Below, piece after piece: positions 1 through 8,377 of a stretch of 64,000 bases of DNA. Under the pieces are notes generated by a model, which worked only from the letters and a program-made list of their open reading frames with translations, searched no databases and was not told the DNA's origin. The translations under genes were made by a program, and so were the position numbers. Source of the stretch: Nitrososphaerota archaeon (lineage in GTDB: Archaea > Thermoproteota > Nitrososphaeria > Conexivisphaerales > UBA164); NCBI GenBank assembly GCA_023381255.1, contig JAMCTX010000021.1, forward strand, positions 5,184 to 69,183. Reading direction: 5' to 3'. Positions within the stretch are counted from its first letter, which is position 1. Each line of letters opens with the position of its first letter.

Positions 1-143
1 TTGGGGTCAGATAACAAGGCTTCTATGCTAATTTTACCTGAATATAAATCAATGATTTTTTGGTGATCTAACATATTTTAATGTTTTAAAAATAATAGTA
101 TAAAAAGATAATTAAAAAATATGTAAAAAAATAAATGGGTTAT

Positions 144-782
144 TTACTGTCTGCTTTCTTCGCTGCCAAGGCTTAAACCGCTTACATCAGGCAGGTTCTG
201 TTTCATCTTAGCTTCTGCTACAGCCCCAGCTTCTGAAAGTATCTTTTCTGCGTCCTCATTAGCAGTCTCAAAGTTTATTGATGAGCCGTATACAGACCCT
301 GCATCCACCAGTATGTTGTTAAGCAGTGATGATATTTCTGATATTTCGCCTTCTGCTGCTGGCATTACCCCGCTTATGCCTTTCTTTACTCCAGATATTA
401 CAGCCATTGCAGGGGCCAATGTTGCCACTATGTCTCCTATATCTGTTGCAGTTGTTAATCTTGTTACTATCTGCTCAAGCGCTAGCTTGGCTTGCATTAG
501 CATCCTGTACATTTTCCTTATTTCTGCTAGTTCTGTAGCATATATGTTTGCATGCTCGCTGTCATGCTTCTGCAGGTACATCACTACTTTTCCAAAGTAC
601 CTTGAATCTTTCTCCTTTAATCTTGCACCGGTATTGTCAAGTTTTGAAATTTGAGTTTGAAGTAACCTTACAGCCTGCTCGATCCTAGGTTTTAACGGTT
701 GTTCTGGCCTTACAGCCGCTTTGATTTTTTCACCTAAGCCCTCATCGTTCTGTGGGTTCCATTTTTTACCGAATTCACTCAT
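144..782 (-). CDS. ESCRT-III / Snf7 (CdvB-like) family protein
   Basis: 212-aa helical protein with an acidic C-terminal tail. The core 'KLDNTGARLKEKDSRYFGKVVMYLQKHD..ANIYATELAEIRK..QAKLALEQIVTRL' matches the helical-hairpin pattern of archaeal CdvB/ESCRT-III as I recall it. No HMM was run. Confidence 0.6.
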   Translation of the reverse strand: MSEFGKKWNPQNDEGLGEKIKAAVRPEQPLKPRIEQAVRLLQTQISKLDNTGARLKEKDSRYFGKVVMYLQKHDSEHANIYATELAEIRKMYRMLMQAKLALEQIVTRLTTATDIGDIVATLAPAMAVISGVKKGISGVMPAAEGEISEISSLLNNILVDAGSVYGSSINFETANEDAEKILSEAGAVAEAKMKQNLPDVSGLSLGSEESRQ

Positions 783-1084
783 TGTTTATAATTTTCAACA
801 TTTAGTTTTAAGGTATTTTGTCACTGGACATGCCTGTAACCACAGTTATACCATATTGTAGTTACAAAGATCATTGCATAAAACATTAAACCTCATGACC
901 AAGGCGAGCGTTGATTTACAAATTCTAAGTAAAAATCTTATTCCTTGGTGGAAAGTGTACAACCTTCCTTGGTGCATCGGTCGCAACCGCGTGGAATATG
1001 AAAGTGCCGAGGCCGTTCAGGAGCAAAATAACTTTGCATCGCAAGATTAAATGTTTTTAACTTTGCTTTTTGATGATATAAACA

Positions 1085-1780
1085 ATGAAAGCCTATATAT
1101 TAGCGGGGGGTCTCGGCTCTAGATTATTTCCGTTTACTTTTGCCGTTCCCAAACCGCTTCTTATGCTGGGGCAAAAAACAGTTATTGAGCATATACTTGA
1201 CAGACTATCTGATGCTAATTTTGAAGAGTTTGTTATTGCTTTAAGCTCAAGGGGCTGGATGTACAGAGCTTCGATTGGTGACAATTACAGAGGAATAAAG
1301 GTCAGGTATATGGAAAGCAATGCGCCGCTTGGAACCGCAGGGCAGTTAAAACACGTGGCAGCAAGAGAAAAAGAACCGTTTTTTGTATCGTATTCCGATT
1401 CAATAATAGACGCAAATTTTAGGGATGCGATAACCAAGCATCTTAAAAGCCATCCGTTAGCAACAATATTTGTATTGGGTCTTGAAAGCAAAATTCCCTA
1501 TGGGCAAATAGTGTTGGCTAAAGGCAACGTAGAGGAATGGAGGGAAAAGCCTTCAGTAGCAATAACAGTGGCAGTTGGCGCTTTTATATTTGATCCTAAA
1601 TTTCTTTCATACATACCTGCAGGGCAGAGATATGGAATGAATGTAGCCGTGAACAATGCTCTAAAGGGTGGAGAAAAAATAGTGGCATATGATGCCAAGA
1701 ATTTTATCGATGTGGGGAGCAAGAAAAAGTATCTTGAAGCTGTAAAAAAAGAGGTTGAATCGCTCGGTGAAATACCATGA
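1085..1780 (+). CDS. sugar-1-phosphate nucleotidyltransferase
   Basis: The N-terminus 'ILAGGLGSRLFPFTFAVPKPLL' is the GxGxRL...K nucleotide-binding signature of RmlA/GalU/GlmU-N type enzymes. Confidence 0.8.
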   Translation: MKAYILAGGLGSRLFPFTFAVPKPLLMLGQKTVIEHILDRLSDANFEEFVIALSSRGWMYRASIGDNYRGIKVRYMESNAPLGTAGQLKHVAAREKEPFFVSYSDSIIDANFRDAITKHLKSHPLATIFVLGLESKIPYGQIVLAKGNVEEWREKPSVAITVAVGAFIFDPKFLSYIPAGQRYGMNVAVNNALKGGEKIVAYDAKNFIDVGSKKKYLEAVKKEVESLGEIP

Positions 1781-2811
1781 AATATGCGATTTTTGAGGAG
1801 GAATATCCAAACCGAATGCTGCCATTTTCACTTACTAGGCCTTCATTTGAACTTATATACAGATACAAAAAAATAATAGACTGGTACAGGGAAAAACTTG
1901 GCAATCCCGCAGGCTACCTGTTGCCGCATAGGTTCAGGGAGAAATACAATTCTGATTATGAAACGGATGATTTTGATTTGATAATAAATTCAACCATCAG
2001 ACCTGAACTTCTGGGTAAAATAGATGAACTAAAAGATGGAAATTCTGCCTATGAGGGAAGCAGGTTAGTGGCTATAAAAGGATCAAAAAAAAGGTCTGAA
2101 AAAATTACCGTTAAAGGCTACCTGTTGCAAGGCCCATGGGAACTTGTAAAATCCATAGAGAATCCCCCGTTTACCAAAAGCAGGATTGAAGGTAAACTGG
2201 AAAACTACACAATAATTGATGATAGCAGAGGCCCAGTCATAATCGAAAGTGATTCCCAAATTGAGGCGTTCAGCAGGATAGTAGGCCCAGCTTATATATC
2301 TTCAGGTAGCAAAATAAGTTCAGCCCGCATATCAGGTTCATTTGTGGGTAATGGGTGCAGGATAGGCGGCGAGTTGGAAAGATCAATCGTGGATAGCTTT
2401 ACAAACAAGGCGCATTACGGATTTTTTGGCGATTCATATCTAGGCATAAATGCAAATGTGGGGGCTGGTTCCACCAGCAGCAATCTGAAAAATACATATG
2501 GCACTGTTAAGGTAAAGCTCGGCAATTCAACTTTCCATACAGGAGAAATTAAAATTGGGGCCTTTCTGGGTGATTTTTCCAGGATTTCAATAAATACTTC
2601 AATAATGGCCGGAAAATTAGTGGGTGCTGGAGCATATGTTCAAGGCGTTGTAAATAAAAATGTTAAACCGTTTACTTTTTTTAACAGGAAAGGCAATTTA
2701 GAACTTATCATTGAACATATCAGAAGGGCCCTAGCAAGGCGCAATATAAAACTGGACAAACCCCTTGAAACGGTAATTAGAAACGCGTACAATGTGGTAT
2801 GGCGCAGCTAG
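1777..2811 (+). CDS. left-handed beta-helix (hexapeptide-repeat) protein, GlmU-C-like acyltransferase / 'alternative GlmU' type
   Basis: ATGA overlap with the upstream nucleotidyltransferase. The C-terminal half has imperfect hexapeptide repeats ('GNGCRIGGELERSIV', 'GINANVGAGSTSSN', 'GAFLGDFSRISINTSIMAG'). The N-terminus lacks GxGxR. Confidence 0.55.
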   Translation: MKYAIFEEEYPNRMLPFSLTRPSFELIYRYKKIIDWYREKLGNPAGYLLPHRFREKYNSDYETDDFDLIINSTIRPELLGKIDELKDGNSAYEGSRLVAIKGSKKRSEKITVKGYLLQGPWELVKSIENPPFTKSRIEGKLENYTIIDDSRGPVIIESDSQIEAFSRIVGPAYISSGSKISSARISGSFVGNGCRIGGELERSIVDSFTNKAHYGFFGDSYLGINANVGAGSTSSNLKNTYGTVKVKLGNSTFHTGEIKIGAFLGDFSRISINTSIMAGKLVGAGAYVQGVVNKNVKPFTFFNRKGNLELIIEHIRRALARRNIKLDKPLETVIRNAYNVVWRS

Positions 2812-2816
2812 GGTTT

Positions 2817-3350
2817 CTAAAGAGCCATTTTTGCTTGCCCTATTGCCTGATTAAACTCATCGGTTAAATTGGTATTTCTAAGAACCGCCGCAGGATGATA
2901 GCAGGCTACCACTTTTATGCCTTTTATTTCAAATATTTTTCCGTTTACTTCGGATAACCTTGACTTGATTCCAAAGTACTCTGCTGCAGTCTTCCCCAGG
3001 GCCAAAATCACGTGGGGCTTAACAGCATTTATCTCGCATTCCAAGAAATCTGAACACGCGATAATTTCTTCCTTTTTTGGCTTCCTGTTTTCTGGCGGTC
3101 TGTGTTTAACAACATTTGTAATATAGGGATTTTTTATTTCAAATTTTTCCAGGGTTTTTCTAAGCAGTTTACCGCCGCGCCCAACAAAGGGCCTGCCAAC
3201 CTTTTCTTCATTAGCGCCTGGCGCTTCACCAACAATCATTATTTTAGAATCGGCGGGACCTTCCCCAAGAACCGGGTTGGTGCCCATTGATCCCAAGTCG
3301 CACTTTTTGCATAAAACTATGTTTTGTCCAAGATCTTTTAGGCAACTCAT
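2817..3350 (-). CDS. udg: uracil-DNA glycosylase, family 4
   Basis: Contains 'GEAPGANEEKVGRPFVGRGGKLL' plus N-terminal Cys residues (CKKCDL) and a C-terminal 'HPAAVLR'. These are the classic family-4 UDG motifs. Confidence 0.85.
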   Translation of the reverse strand: MSCLKDLGQNIVLCKKCDLGSMGTNPVLGEGPADSKIMIVGEAPGANEEKVGRPFVGRGGKLLRKTLEKFEIKNPYITNVVKHRPPENRKPKKEEIIACSDFLECEINAVKPHVILALGKTAAEYFGIKSRLSEVNGKIFEIKGIKVVACYHPAAVLRNTNLTDEFNQAIGQAKMAL

Positions 3351-3841
3351 TGCTGCATGCGCTTTAAATATGACCTTGCTAAACGCCTTACTTTATCTTC
3401 CACTTCAACTATGACCATTCCTTCATTAGGCTGGCCATAGGCTATAACCCATCCTTTTTTTGAATAAATTATGCATGGGATTGCCAGCAGGTCCTCCTCG
3501 CCTTCAACTATTATTCGTGTTCTTTGCTCTATTCTTACAGCACATTTTATGGCCTCTATCGAGCTTGCCGTTATTGTGCCCTGCGGATTTTTTACAAAAG
3601 TTTTTATGTCAATATCATTGCCCGGAAGTGCCCGGCTTTTTCTTTTTTCCATCCCATCGACAATTTCCACCTTGGGGTTAAGGCCTATTTCTTCTAATCT
3701 TTCAGTGGTTCTATCCCCAACCGAGATTATTATCCTGCCCTTCAGCTCCTTTATCCTTGGGCTAGCATCAATATCTTTAATAAGATCCCCCAGAGGACGC
3801 TTAAGTTCATCCCTCAGTTTTTCATTTATTTTATATGACAT
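3347..3841 (-). CDS. GTP-dependent dephospho-CoA kinase (DUF359/COG1909 family)
   Basis: The motifs 'ISVGDRTTERL', 'VEIVDGMEKR' and 'IVEGEEDLLAIP...AYGQPNEGMVIV' fit the archaeal DUF359 pattern. It sits in the conserved position after rpo7-spt4. Confidence 0.7.
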   Translation of the reverse strand: MSYKINEKLRDELKRPLGDLIKDIDASPRIKELKGRIIISVGDRTTERLEEIGLNPKVEIVDGMEKRKSRALPGNDIDIKTFVKNPQGTITASSIEAIKCAVRIEQRTRIIVEGEEDLLAIPCIIYSKKGWVIAYGQPNEGMVIVEVEDKVRRLARSYLKRMQQ

Positions 3842-4019
3842 TTATGGCATACCTTCCGGGCACCTTTGTTCCAATCATCTTTGCAACCTCTGATTTTTCA
3901 ACATCAAGTATTATTATCATGCCAGACCAGTTGACACTTAGATCGTCAGAACCACATACAGGACACTTGCTTTCTCTCGTTACTGCCCTGCACTTCCTGC
4001 ATGCCTTTTCTATTGGCAT
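3831..4019 (-). CDS. spt4: transcription elongation factor Spt4 / RNA polymerase subunit E''
   Basis: 62 aa with a zinc ribbon 'CRKC...CPVCGS' followed by 'WSGMIIILDVEKSEVAK'. It lies directly downstream of rpo7. Confidence 0.85.
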   Translation of the reverse strand: MPIEKACRKCRAVTRESKCPVCGSDDLSVNWSGMIIILDVEKSEVAKMIGTKVPGRYAINVI

Positions 4020-4020
4020 T

Positions 4021-4629
4021 TTACTTTGTCCCCTGCTGCTGTGGGGTTGTGGCCTTTTTCACATCCTCTTTTATCCATTCAAGAGACCCCAGAAAAGGCT
4101 GCCTGCAGGTTATGCCTATTTTCCCCATGCTCATTCCCTTTCCTATGCTTACGGCTATTATTTTTGCCCTTACCATATCTCCTACCTTCAGCTGCCTTTT
4201 TGTATTTTGGCCCACTATAGCACCCCCCTTAAGATCAACCGACACATAATCGTCCATTACTTGACTTATATGCAGCAGCGCATCCGCAGGCCCTATTTTC
4301 ACAAAAGCTCCGAAATCGGTTATTTCTACAACCTCCCCCTCCATTATTTCTCCTATCTGAGGGTAAAATGACAAAGCGTCGAACAGGGCCCTGTGATAGG
4401 TGGCCCCGTCGCCTTGTATTATTTTGCCTATCTTTTCTACGTTTACACCCAGAACCTTAATAAGGTAACCATAATCCGATGAAACAGTGCTTTCGTACTT
4501 TTCCTTTAGTGCTTTTATTGCAACAATTTCTATATTATTCCCAAATTCTTTAGGCGATATTCTTATTACATCTTCTACCGTCAAAATCTGAAACAAATAA
4601 GCCACCGCACTGAAGTTGGTTTGCCTCAA
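4021..4629 (-). CDS. rpoE: DNA-directed RNA polymerase subunit Rpo7 (E')
   Basis: N-terminal 'FQILTVEDVIRISPKEF' followed by an S1 domain 'GEVVEITDFGAFVKIGPADALLHISQV'. The track start (TTG at 4629) is probably too far upstream. The TTG at 4596 gives the canonical N-terminus MFQILTVEDV. Confidence 0.85.
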   Translation of the reverse strand: MRQTNFSAVAYLFQILTVEDVIRISPKEFGNNIEIVAIKALKEKYESTVSSDYGYLIKVLGVNVEKIGKIIQGDGATYHRALFDALSFYPQIGEIMEGEVVEITDFGAFVKIGPADALLHISQVMDDYVSVDLKGGAIVGQNTKRQLKVGDMVRAKIIAVSIGKGMSMGKIGITCRQPFLGSLEWIKEDVKKATTPQQQGTK

Positions 4630-4640
4630 AATTTAAGCTT
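4629..4640 (-). promoter_or_regulatory. TATA-like box (AAGCTTAAAT on the minus strand) upstream of rpo7
   Basis: An A/T box about 35 nt upstream of the likely TTG start at 4596. It lies between the gene and the IS end at 4653. Confidence 0.3.
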
Positions 4641-4643
4641 TGT

Positions 4644-4652
4644 GATTTATGT
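4644..4652. repeat. 9-bp target-site duplication GATTTATGT (left copy)
   Basis: An identical 9-mer at 5871-5879 directly flanks the opposite IS terminus. Confidence 0.85.
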
Positions 4653-4670
4653 GGCTGTGGGGACAGAACC

Positions 4671-5578
4671 CTAGCGTGAATTCAGGTTGAACAGGTTGTG
4701 CCACAATCCAGTGGTGAACTGTGCGCAGTCTATCCTGTCTTCCCTTCTCTGGGCAATTCCCCAGCCAAGCATCTTCTTGTCAGCGGAGAACCCGGCTTCA
4801 GAGTTTTCCCTCTTGTAATACTCCTCCAGGTATTTCATAGTGTTTGTCACAAACTCCTTCATCGTGCCCTTCCACTTCTGCGAGCCGTTTAGAGTTGCGT
4901 TCTTCTTTGGTATGATGTACACCTTTGTTCCCTTGCCAAACTTGCTTACGTACTTTGATACGCTGTAGTATTTGTCAAGCCTGATGCTCTTCAGAGTTAT
5001 ATCGGTTCTTCTTAGCATTCCCATTGCCCTGTTAAACGCCTCTTTTTCAGACTTCAGGCTTGAACCAAAGGCAATGTACATCCTTGTGCCAAGGTCCATC
5101 AGCCTGAACGAATAGGTAAACAGCTTCTTTTTATGCACCGATTCATGCCCTGATGCTTTATTATCTGATGCACTCTTTTCATTGTTTTGCCTGCCTCCTT
5201 TGCCTTTTCCTTAAGCTCTCTCGCATACGACTCCTAGTTCTTCTTGACTGTAAGTGAATACCCTGTGCCATAACCTGTTGCGTCAGACTCCTTTACGCCC
5301 TTCTTTTTCAGTATAAGCACGTGCAGGTTGTTCAGCGTCATCATCACCAGCTCGTCGGAGTAAAGCCGTTCGACTGTCTTGTACGAGACATCTATGCCTG
5401 ACACCATTGAGAATATGTCAAGCATGTACGCAAACTCCCTGTTTGATTTTCCAATAAGCTGCTTGATCAGCAGCAGTTTGACCTTGTCCTCAAGGCTCAG
5501 CGCTGACGACCTTCCTGTCTCCCTGTTAACCTTTATCGAGGAAACAGCTTCATGTATCAGCGGGTCAAGGGCCTTCAT
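4671..5578 (-). pseudogene. DDE transposase split into two reading frames (5234-5578 N-terminal part, 4671-5138 C-terminal part)
   Basis: 'DATGYGTGY' (first D) is in the upstream ORF. 'RLDKYY' and 'YYKRENSEAGFSADKK' (Y-x2-R-x3-E-x6-K) are in the downstream ORF. The frame changes around 5140-5234. Confidence 0.7.
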
Positions 5579-5712
5579 TGCCCCCTTGATCCTCTGGGCA
5601 TCAATCTGCCCCCACGTCCCCTCCTCTTTTTAGGCCTGGCCGCAAGATATTCCTCCCTGATGTGCTTATCTATTTCATCCAGTGTTTTGCTGATGTCGTC
5701 GTCTGTGATCAT
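5575..5712 (-). CDS. small basic ORF (45 aa) at the IS 5' end, ATGA-coupled to the transposase N-terminal ORF
   Basis: Hand translation gives MITDDDISKTLDEIDKHIREEYLAARPKKRRGRGGRLMPRGSRGQ*. Its TGA overlaps the ATG at 5578. It is below the track's 60-aa cut-off. Confidence 0.4.
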   Translation of the reverse strand: MITDDDISKTLDEIDKHIREEYLAARPKKRRGRGGRLMPRGSRGQ

Positions 5713-5870
5713 TTGATTTATGACTAAATGTCATTTATTGCATATATACGTATATGTAAAGGCGCTTCATAATTCGCTTAAAAATATGAATTTGCTGCTT
5801 TATATTTACGTGGATAAATGTCACTGTTGGATTTTTTCTAATGGGCTATTAGCTGTTTTGTCCCACAGCC

Positions 5871-5879
5871 GATTTATGT
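5871..5879. repeat. 9-bp target-site duplication GATTTATGT (right copy)
   Basis: Identical to 4644-4652. Confidence 0.85.
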
Positions 5880-5916
5880 TGGAGCAACCATTTAAATTAA
5901 AAAAATTTATGCCTGA

Positions 5917-6288
5917 TTAAATTCTAAATGCTAAAACGCTTTTTTTCATATAGACAGCAATTCTTTTTCCCTTTTTTGTCAGATTAAAATAAATTCCGCG
6001 AGGTTTTAAATCCCTGTTCCTTACCTTGAACTTTAACCATGGCTTTATGGAAGATGTTGGTTTCCATTTGAGGTTTCCGCCATATCTGGCCAGTATTCCC
6101 ATGTTTTCCATTTGGATGCACCTTGCTGCTATCTGATCTTCGTCAAGCTTTGGCGCCCATCCGCTGTTGCCAAGCATCCTTCTTGCCATTAACCATGGGG
6201 TGTCCGGTCCAAATTTGTATATGTGAATAATAATGGCTAAGTCAAGCCTATCTAACTTTTGTTCTATTTCAGTTAATTCCCTTTCCAT
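5917..6288 (-). CDS. winged-helix protein (DUF2250-like), function unknown
   Basis: 'LDLAIIIHIYKFGPDTPWLMARRM...MENMGILARY...KFKVRNRDLKPRGIYFNLTKKGK'. It shares this pattern with the ORF at 42551-42871. Confidence 0.5.
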   Translation of the reverse strand: MERELTEIEQKLDRLDLAIIIHIYKFGPDTPWLMARRMLGNSGWAPKLDEDQIAARCIQMENMGILARYGGNLKWKPTSSIKPWLKFKVRNRDLKPRGIYFNLTKKGKRIAVYMKKSVLAFRI

Positions 6289-6821
6289 TTTATATTTATT
6301 GCTTTTCTAATATCTTCAGAATTTATTATCTTTGCCCCATAGACACTTACAAAGTATTTTTCCCATGATTGATCAATCCTAGCTGCCACCGCATCCCTTA
6401 CTACAAAAATAGAATAACCCCTGAAAAAAGCATCTGCCGCGGTGTGCCTCACGCATATATCTGCATCAAGCCCTACCAACACTATCGCATCAACTTCATT
6501 TGACCTAAGTATATAATCAAGGTGCGTTCCGTAAAATCCGGAATAGGTGTGCTTTTCTATTATATACTCCCCCTTGTGGGGGGCGATCTCTGCAAACACC
6601 CTTGAACCTTCAGTGCCAGCCATTGCATGCTTGCCCCATACCTTTATTTCAAAATCATTTATGTAATGATGGTCGTTTACATAAATTACAGGCAATTTAC
6701 TGGCCCTAAATACTTTAAGCACTTGTTTTGTAGCCTTAACCGTGTTAATTGCCTCTTTCGTTTTTAACGCGCCTTCCAAAAAATCATTTAGCATGTCCAC
6801 TATTACCAAAGCCGTTTTCAT
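6273..6821 (-). CDS. isochorismatase-family hydrolase, nicotinamidase/pyrazinamidase-like
   Basis: 'TALVIVDMLNDF' (catalytic Asp), 'VNDHH', and 'VLVGLDADICVRHTA' (catalytic Cys). Confidence 0.75.
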   Translation of the reverse strand: MKTALVIVDMLNDFLEGALKTKEAINTVKATKQVLKVFRASKLPVIYVNDHHYINDFEIKVWGKHAMAGTEGSRVFAEIAPHKGEYIIEKHTYSGFYGTHLDYILRSNEVDAIVLVGLDADICVRHTAADAFFRGYSIFVVRDAVAARIDQSWEKYFVSVYGAKIINSEDIRKAINIKWKGN

Positions 6822-6925
6822 AAGATAAAATGTAAAAACCTGTTGTTAATTAATTTTTTCAGCGTTTTTGGCCGGCCGGGTTTTTTGCAAAAAATTAAAT
6901 AGGGCGCTTTCAGAATTATAATAAG

Positions 6926-7951
6926 GTGTCATTACAATCTCCAGTGCTATACGGATTATCCACTGAGGGGGTAAACTTCGTTAAAAAAAAGTATGGAAAA
7001 AGTTTTCCAGTGATTGACGAATCGCTAAGGTTAACAGTTGCAACCATAGACAGCAACCTGCAAGTAGAATTAAATTCGAAGCGTGAGTTGAGCGATATTG
7101 TACCTGCAAGTGAAACAATAAGCAAGGCGAAGGAAATTTTCTTTGCCCCAAAGGCAAAAAGGTGGGGACAAGATTGGTGGGAGGAAATTTCCCATCATAT
7201 AAAATTCATAGGCAATAACATAAGTCAAGATCAACATTTCATAAATCTGATGCCTCTGGCGCGTGGCAAAAACGAGCAGCTGATAAATACCATAGAAACT
7301 GTCAGTGGGCTAAGCGCAGGCAAGGATTTCGGATATCATTATATGCCTTTGCCTGCAAATTTGGCAATTACTGCTTCAATATGGAACGGCACTCCGTATG
7401 AATGGTCAAGCGGCCAAACCGAACTTGACGGAGGAGAGACCGGTTATCTGATTAAATCAATAGGATATTATTTGAAGCTATTTGAGGAAGTATGGCTTAA
7501 CCAGTCTAAATCTGTTTTTATTTCTGATTATTCAAAGGGAATATTCCCTTTAACGCTATCATTGGAAAGCTTTGATAAGGGTTCTAGCTTGCATGGCATT
7601 GCCAACGTCCTACTCAAGTCATCCGACGATTACGTTAATCGCATTGTTAACGATATAAAATTAAAATTAAGAGAAGAAGCAGTGAAACCGGCCAGGGCAG
7701 TAATATACGTAATCTGGGAGCTAGATGATTATGAGTTGTTTGATGAATCGCATTATTTGAGGGCAAAGCTTGTAGCGCGGTTGGAAGAACATTTTGGAGA
7801 AGTGATACCTCTTTCACTCAAAAAAATGGAAAATCTAATCCTGAATTATTCTGTTTCTAAAGAAAGCTTAATATTAGCTTGTACAAAGAATTCAGCTAAC
7901 TCCCTTATTAACAGTGAAGTAAGCAGCAGGGTAGTGCCAGCGGTAATCTGA
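6926..7951 (+). CDS. hypothetical protein (341 aa), no recognisable motif
   Basis: Long uninterrupted ORF with a GTG start and no competing ORF. I cannot place it in a family. Confidence 0.5.
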   Translation: MSLQSPVLYGLSTEGVNFVKKKYGKSFPVIDESLRLTVATIDSNLQVELNSKRELSDIVPASETISKAKEIFFAPKAKRWGQDWWEEISHHIKFIGNNISQDQHFINLMPLARGKNEQLINTIETVSGLSAGKDFGYHYMPLPANLAITASIWNGTPYEWSSGQTELDGGETGYLIKSIGYYLKLFEEVWLNQSKSVFISDYSKGIFPLTLSLESFDKGSSLHGIANVLLKSSDDYVNRIVNDIKLKLREEAVKPARAVIYVIWELDDYELFDESHYLRAKLVARLEEHFGEVIPLSLKKMENLILNYSVSKESLILACTKNSANSLINSEVSSRVVPAVI

Positions 7952-8377
7952 TATTTAAAGTGCGGATAAACCTTCCATTTTATGATTGTCATGAATTATC
8001 TGCCCATATATGATATGGGTGATATTAACTTGTTCCCATAAATTTGGGCATTATATATTATTGCCCCCCAATTCAATTATACAATAACTGGTAAATGTTT
8101 ATAATATTATGCCTAAAGTCATGGAAATTTAAGATTTTCCTGCTCGGCTGTTGGTTAAGCCTGTATGCCAGTTGCTTGTAATATAATTCTAATTCAAATA
8201 TATAAAGTAGGGGAAAGTCCAACGCATCACTATAAATCTCTTGAGAATTAATGCTTATCACAGGCTATTAACTTCTTTTTAATTTTTGTTTTAAATATTA
8301 CATATCCTAACTGAAGGCCATAACTTGCACAGGTATCGTAAAAGGTTAAAAGCTAGTTCTGTAAGCATTTTATCAAG

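Larger units (their letters stand above)
4653..5870 (-). mobile_element. 1218-bp insertion sequence with imperfect terminal inverted repeats (DDE, IS4/IS5-superfamily-like transposase)
   Basis: The left end GGCTGTGGGGACAGAAC (4653-4669) matches the reverse complement of the right end GGCTGTGGG-ACAAAAC (5855-5870). It is flanked by a perfect 9-bp direct repeat. Internal ORFs carry DDE/YREK motifs. Confidence 0.85.

Noticed and set aside
1062-1075. A UGAUGA C-box-like hexamer upstream of 1085, and GUGAUGA at 32487. I considered possible C/D box sRNAs.
   Set aside because: No matching D/D' (CUGA) boxes at appropriate spacing and no terminal stem.
8209-8221. GGGGAAAGTCCAAC resembles the RNase P RNA CR-I motif (GGAAAGUCC), and it lies in a long spacer.
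   Set aside because: The surrounding sequence is about 30 % G+C. It lacks the partner P4 strand/CR-V (ACAGAA..GGCUUA-like) and any extended helices. I judge it a chance 9-mer.
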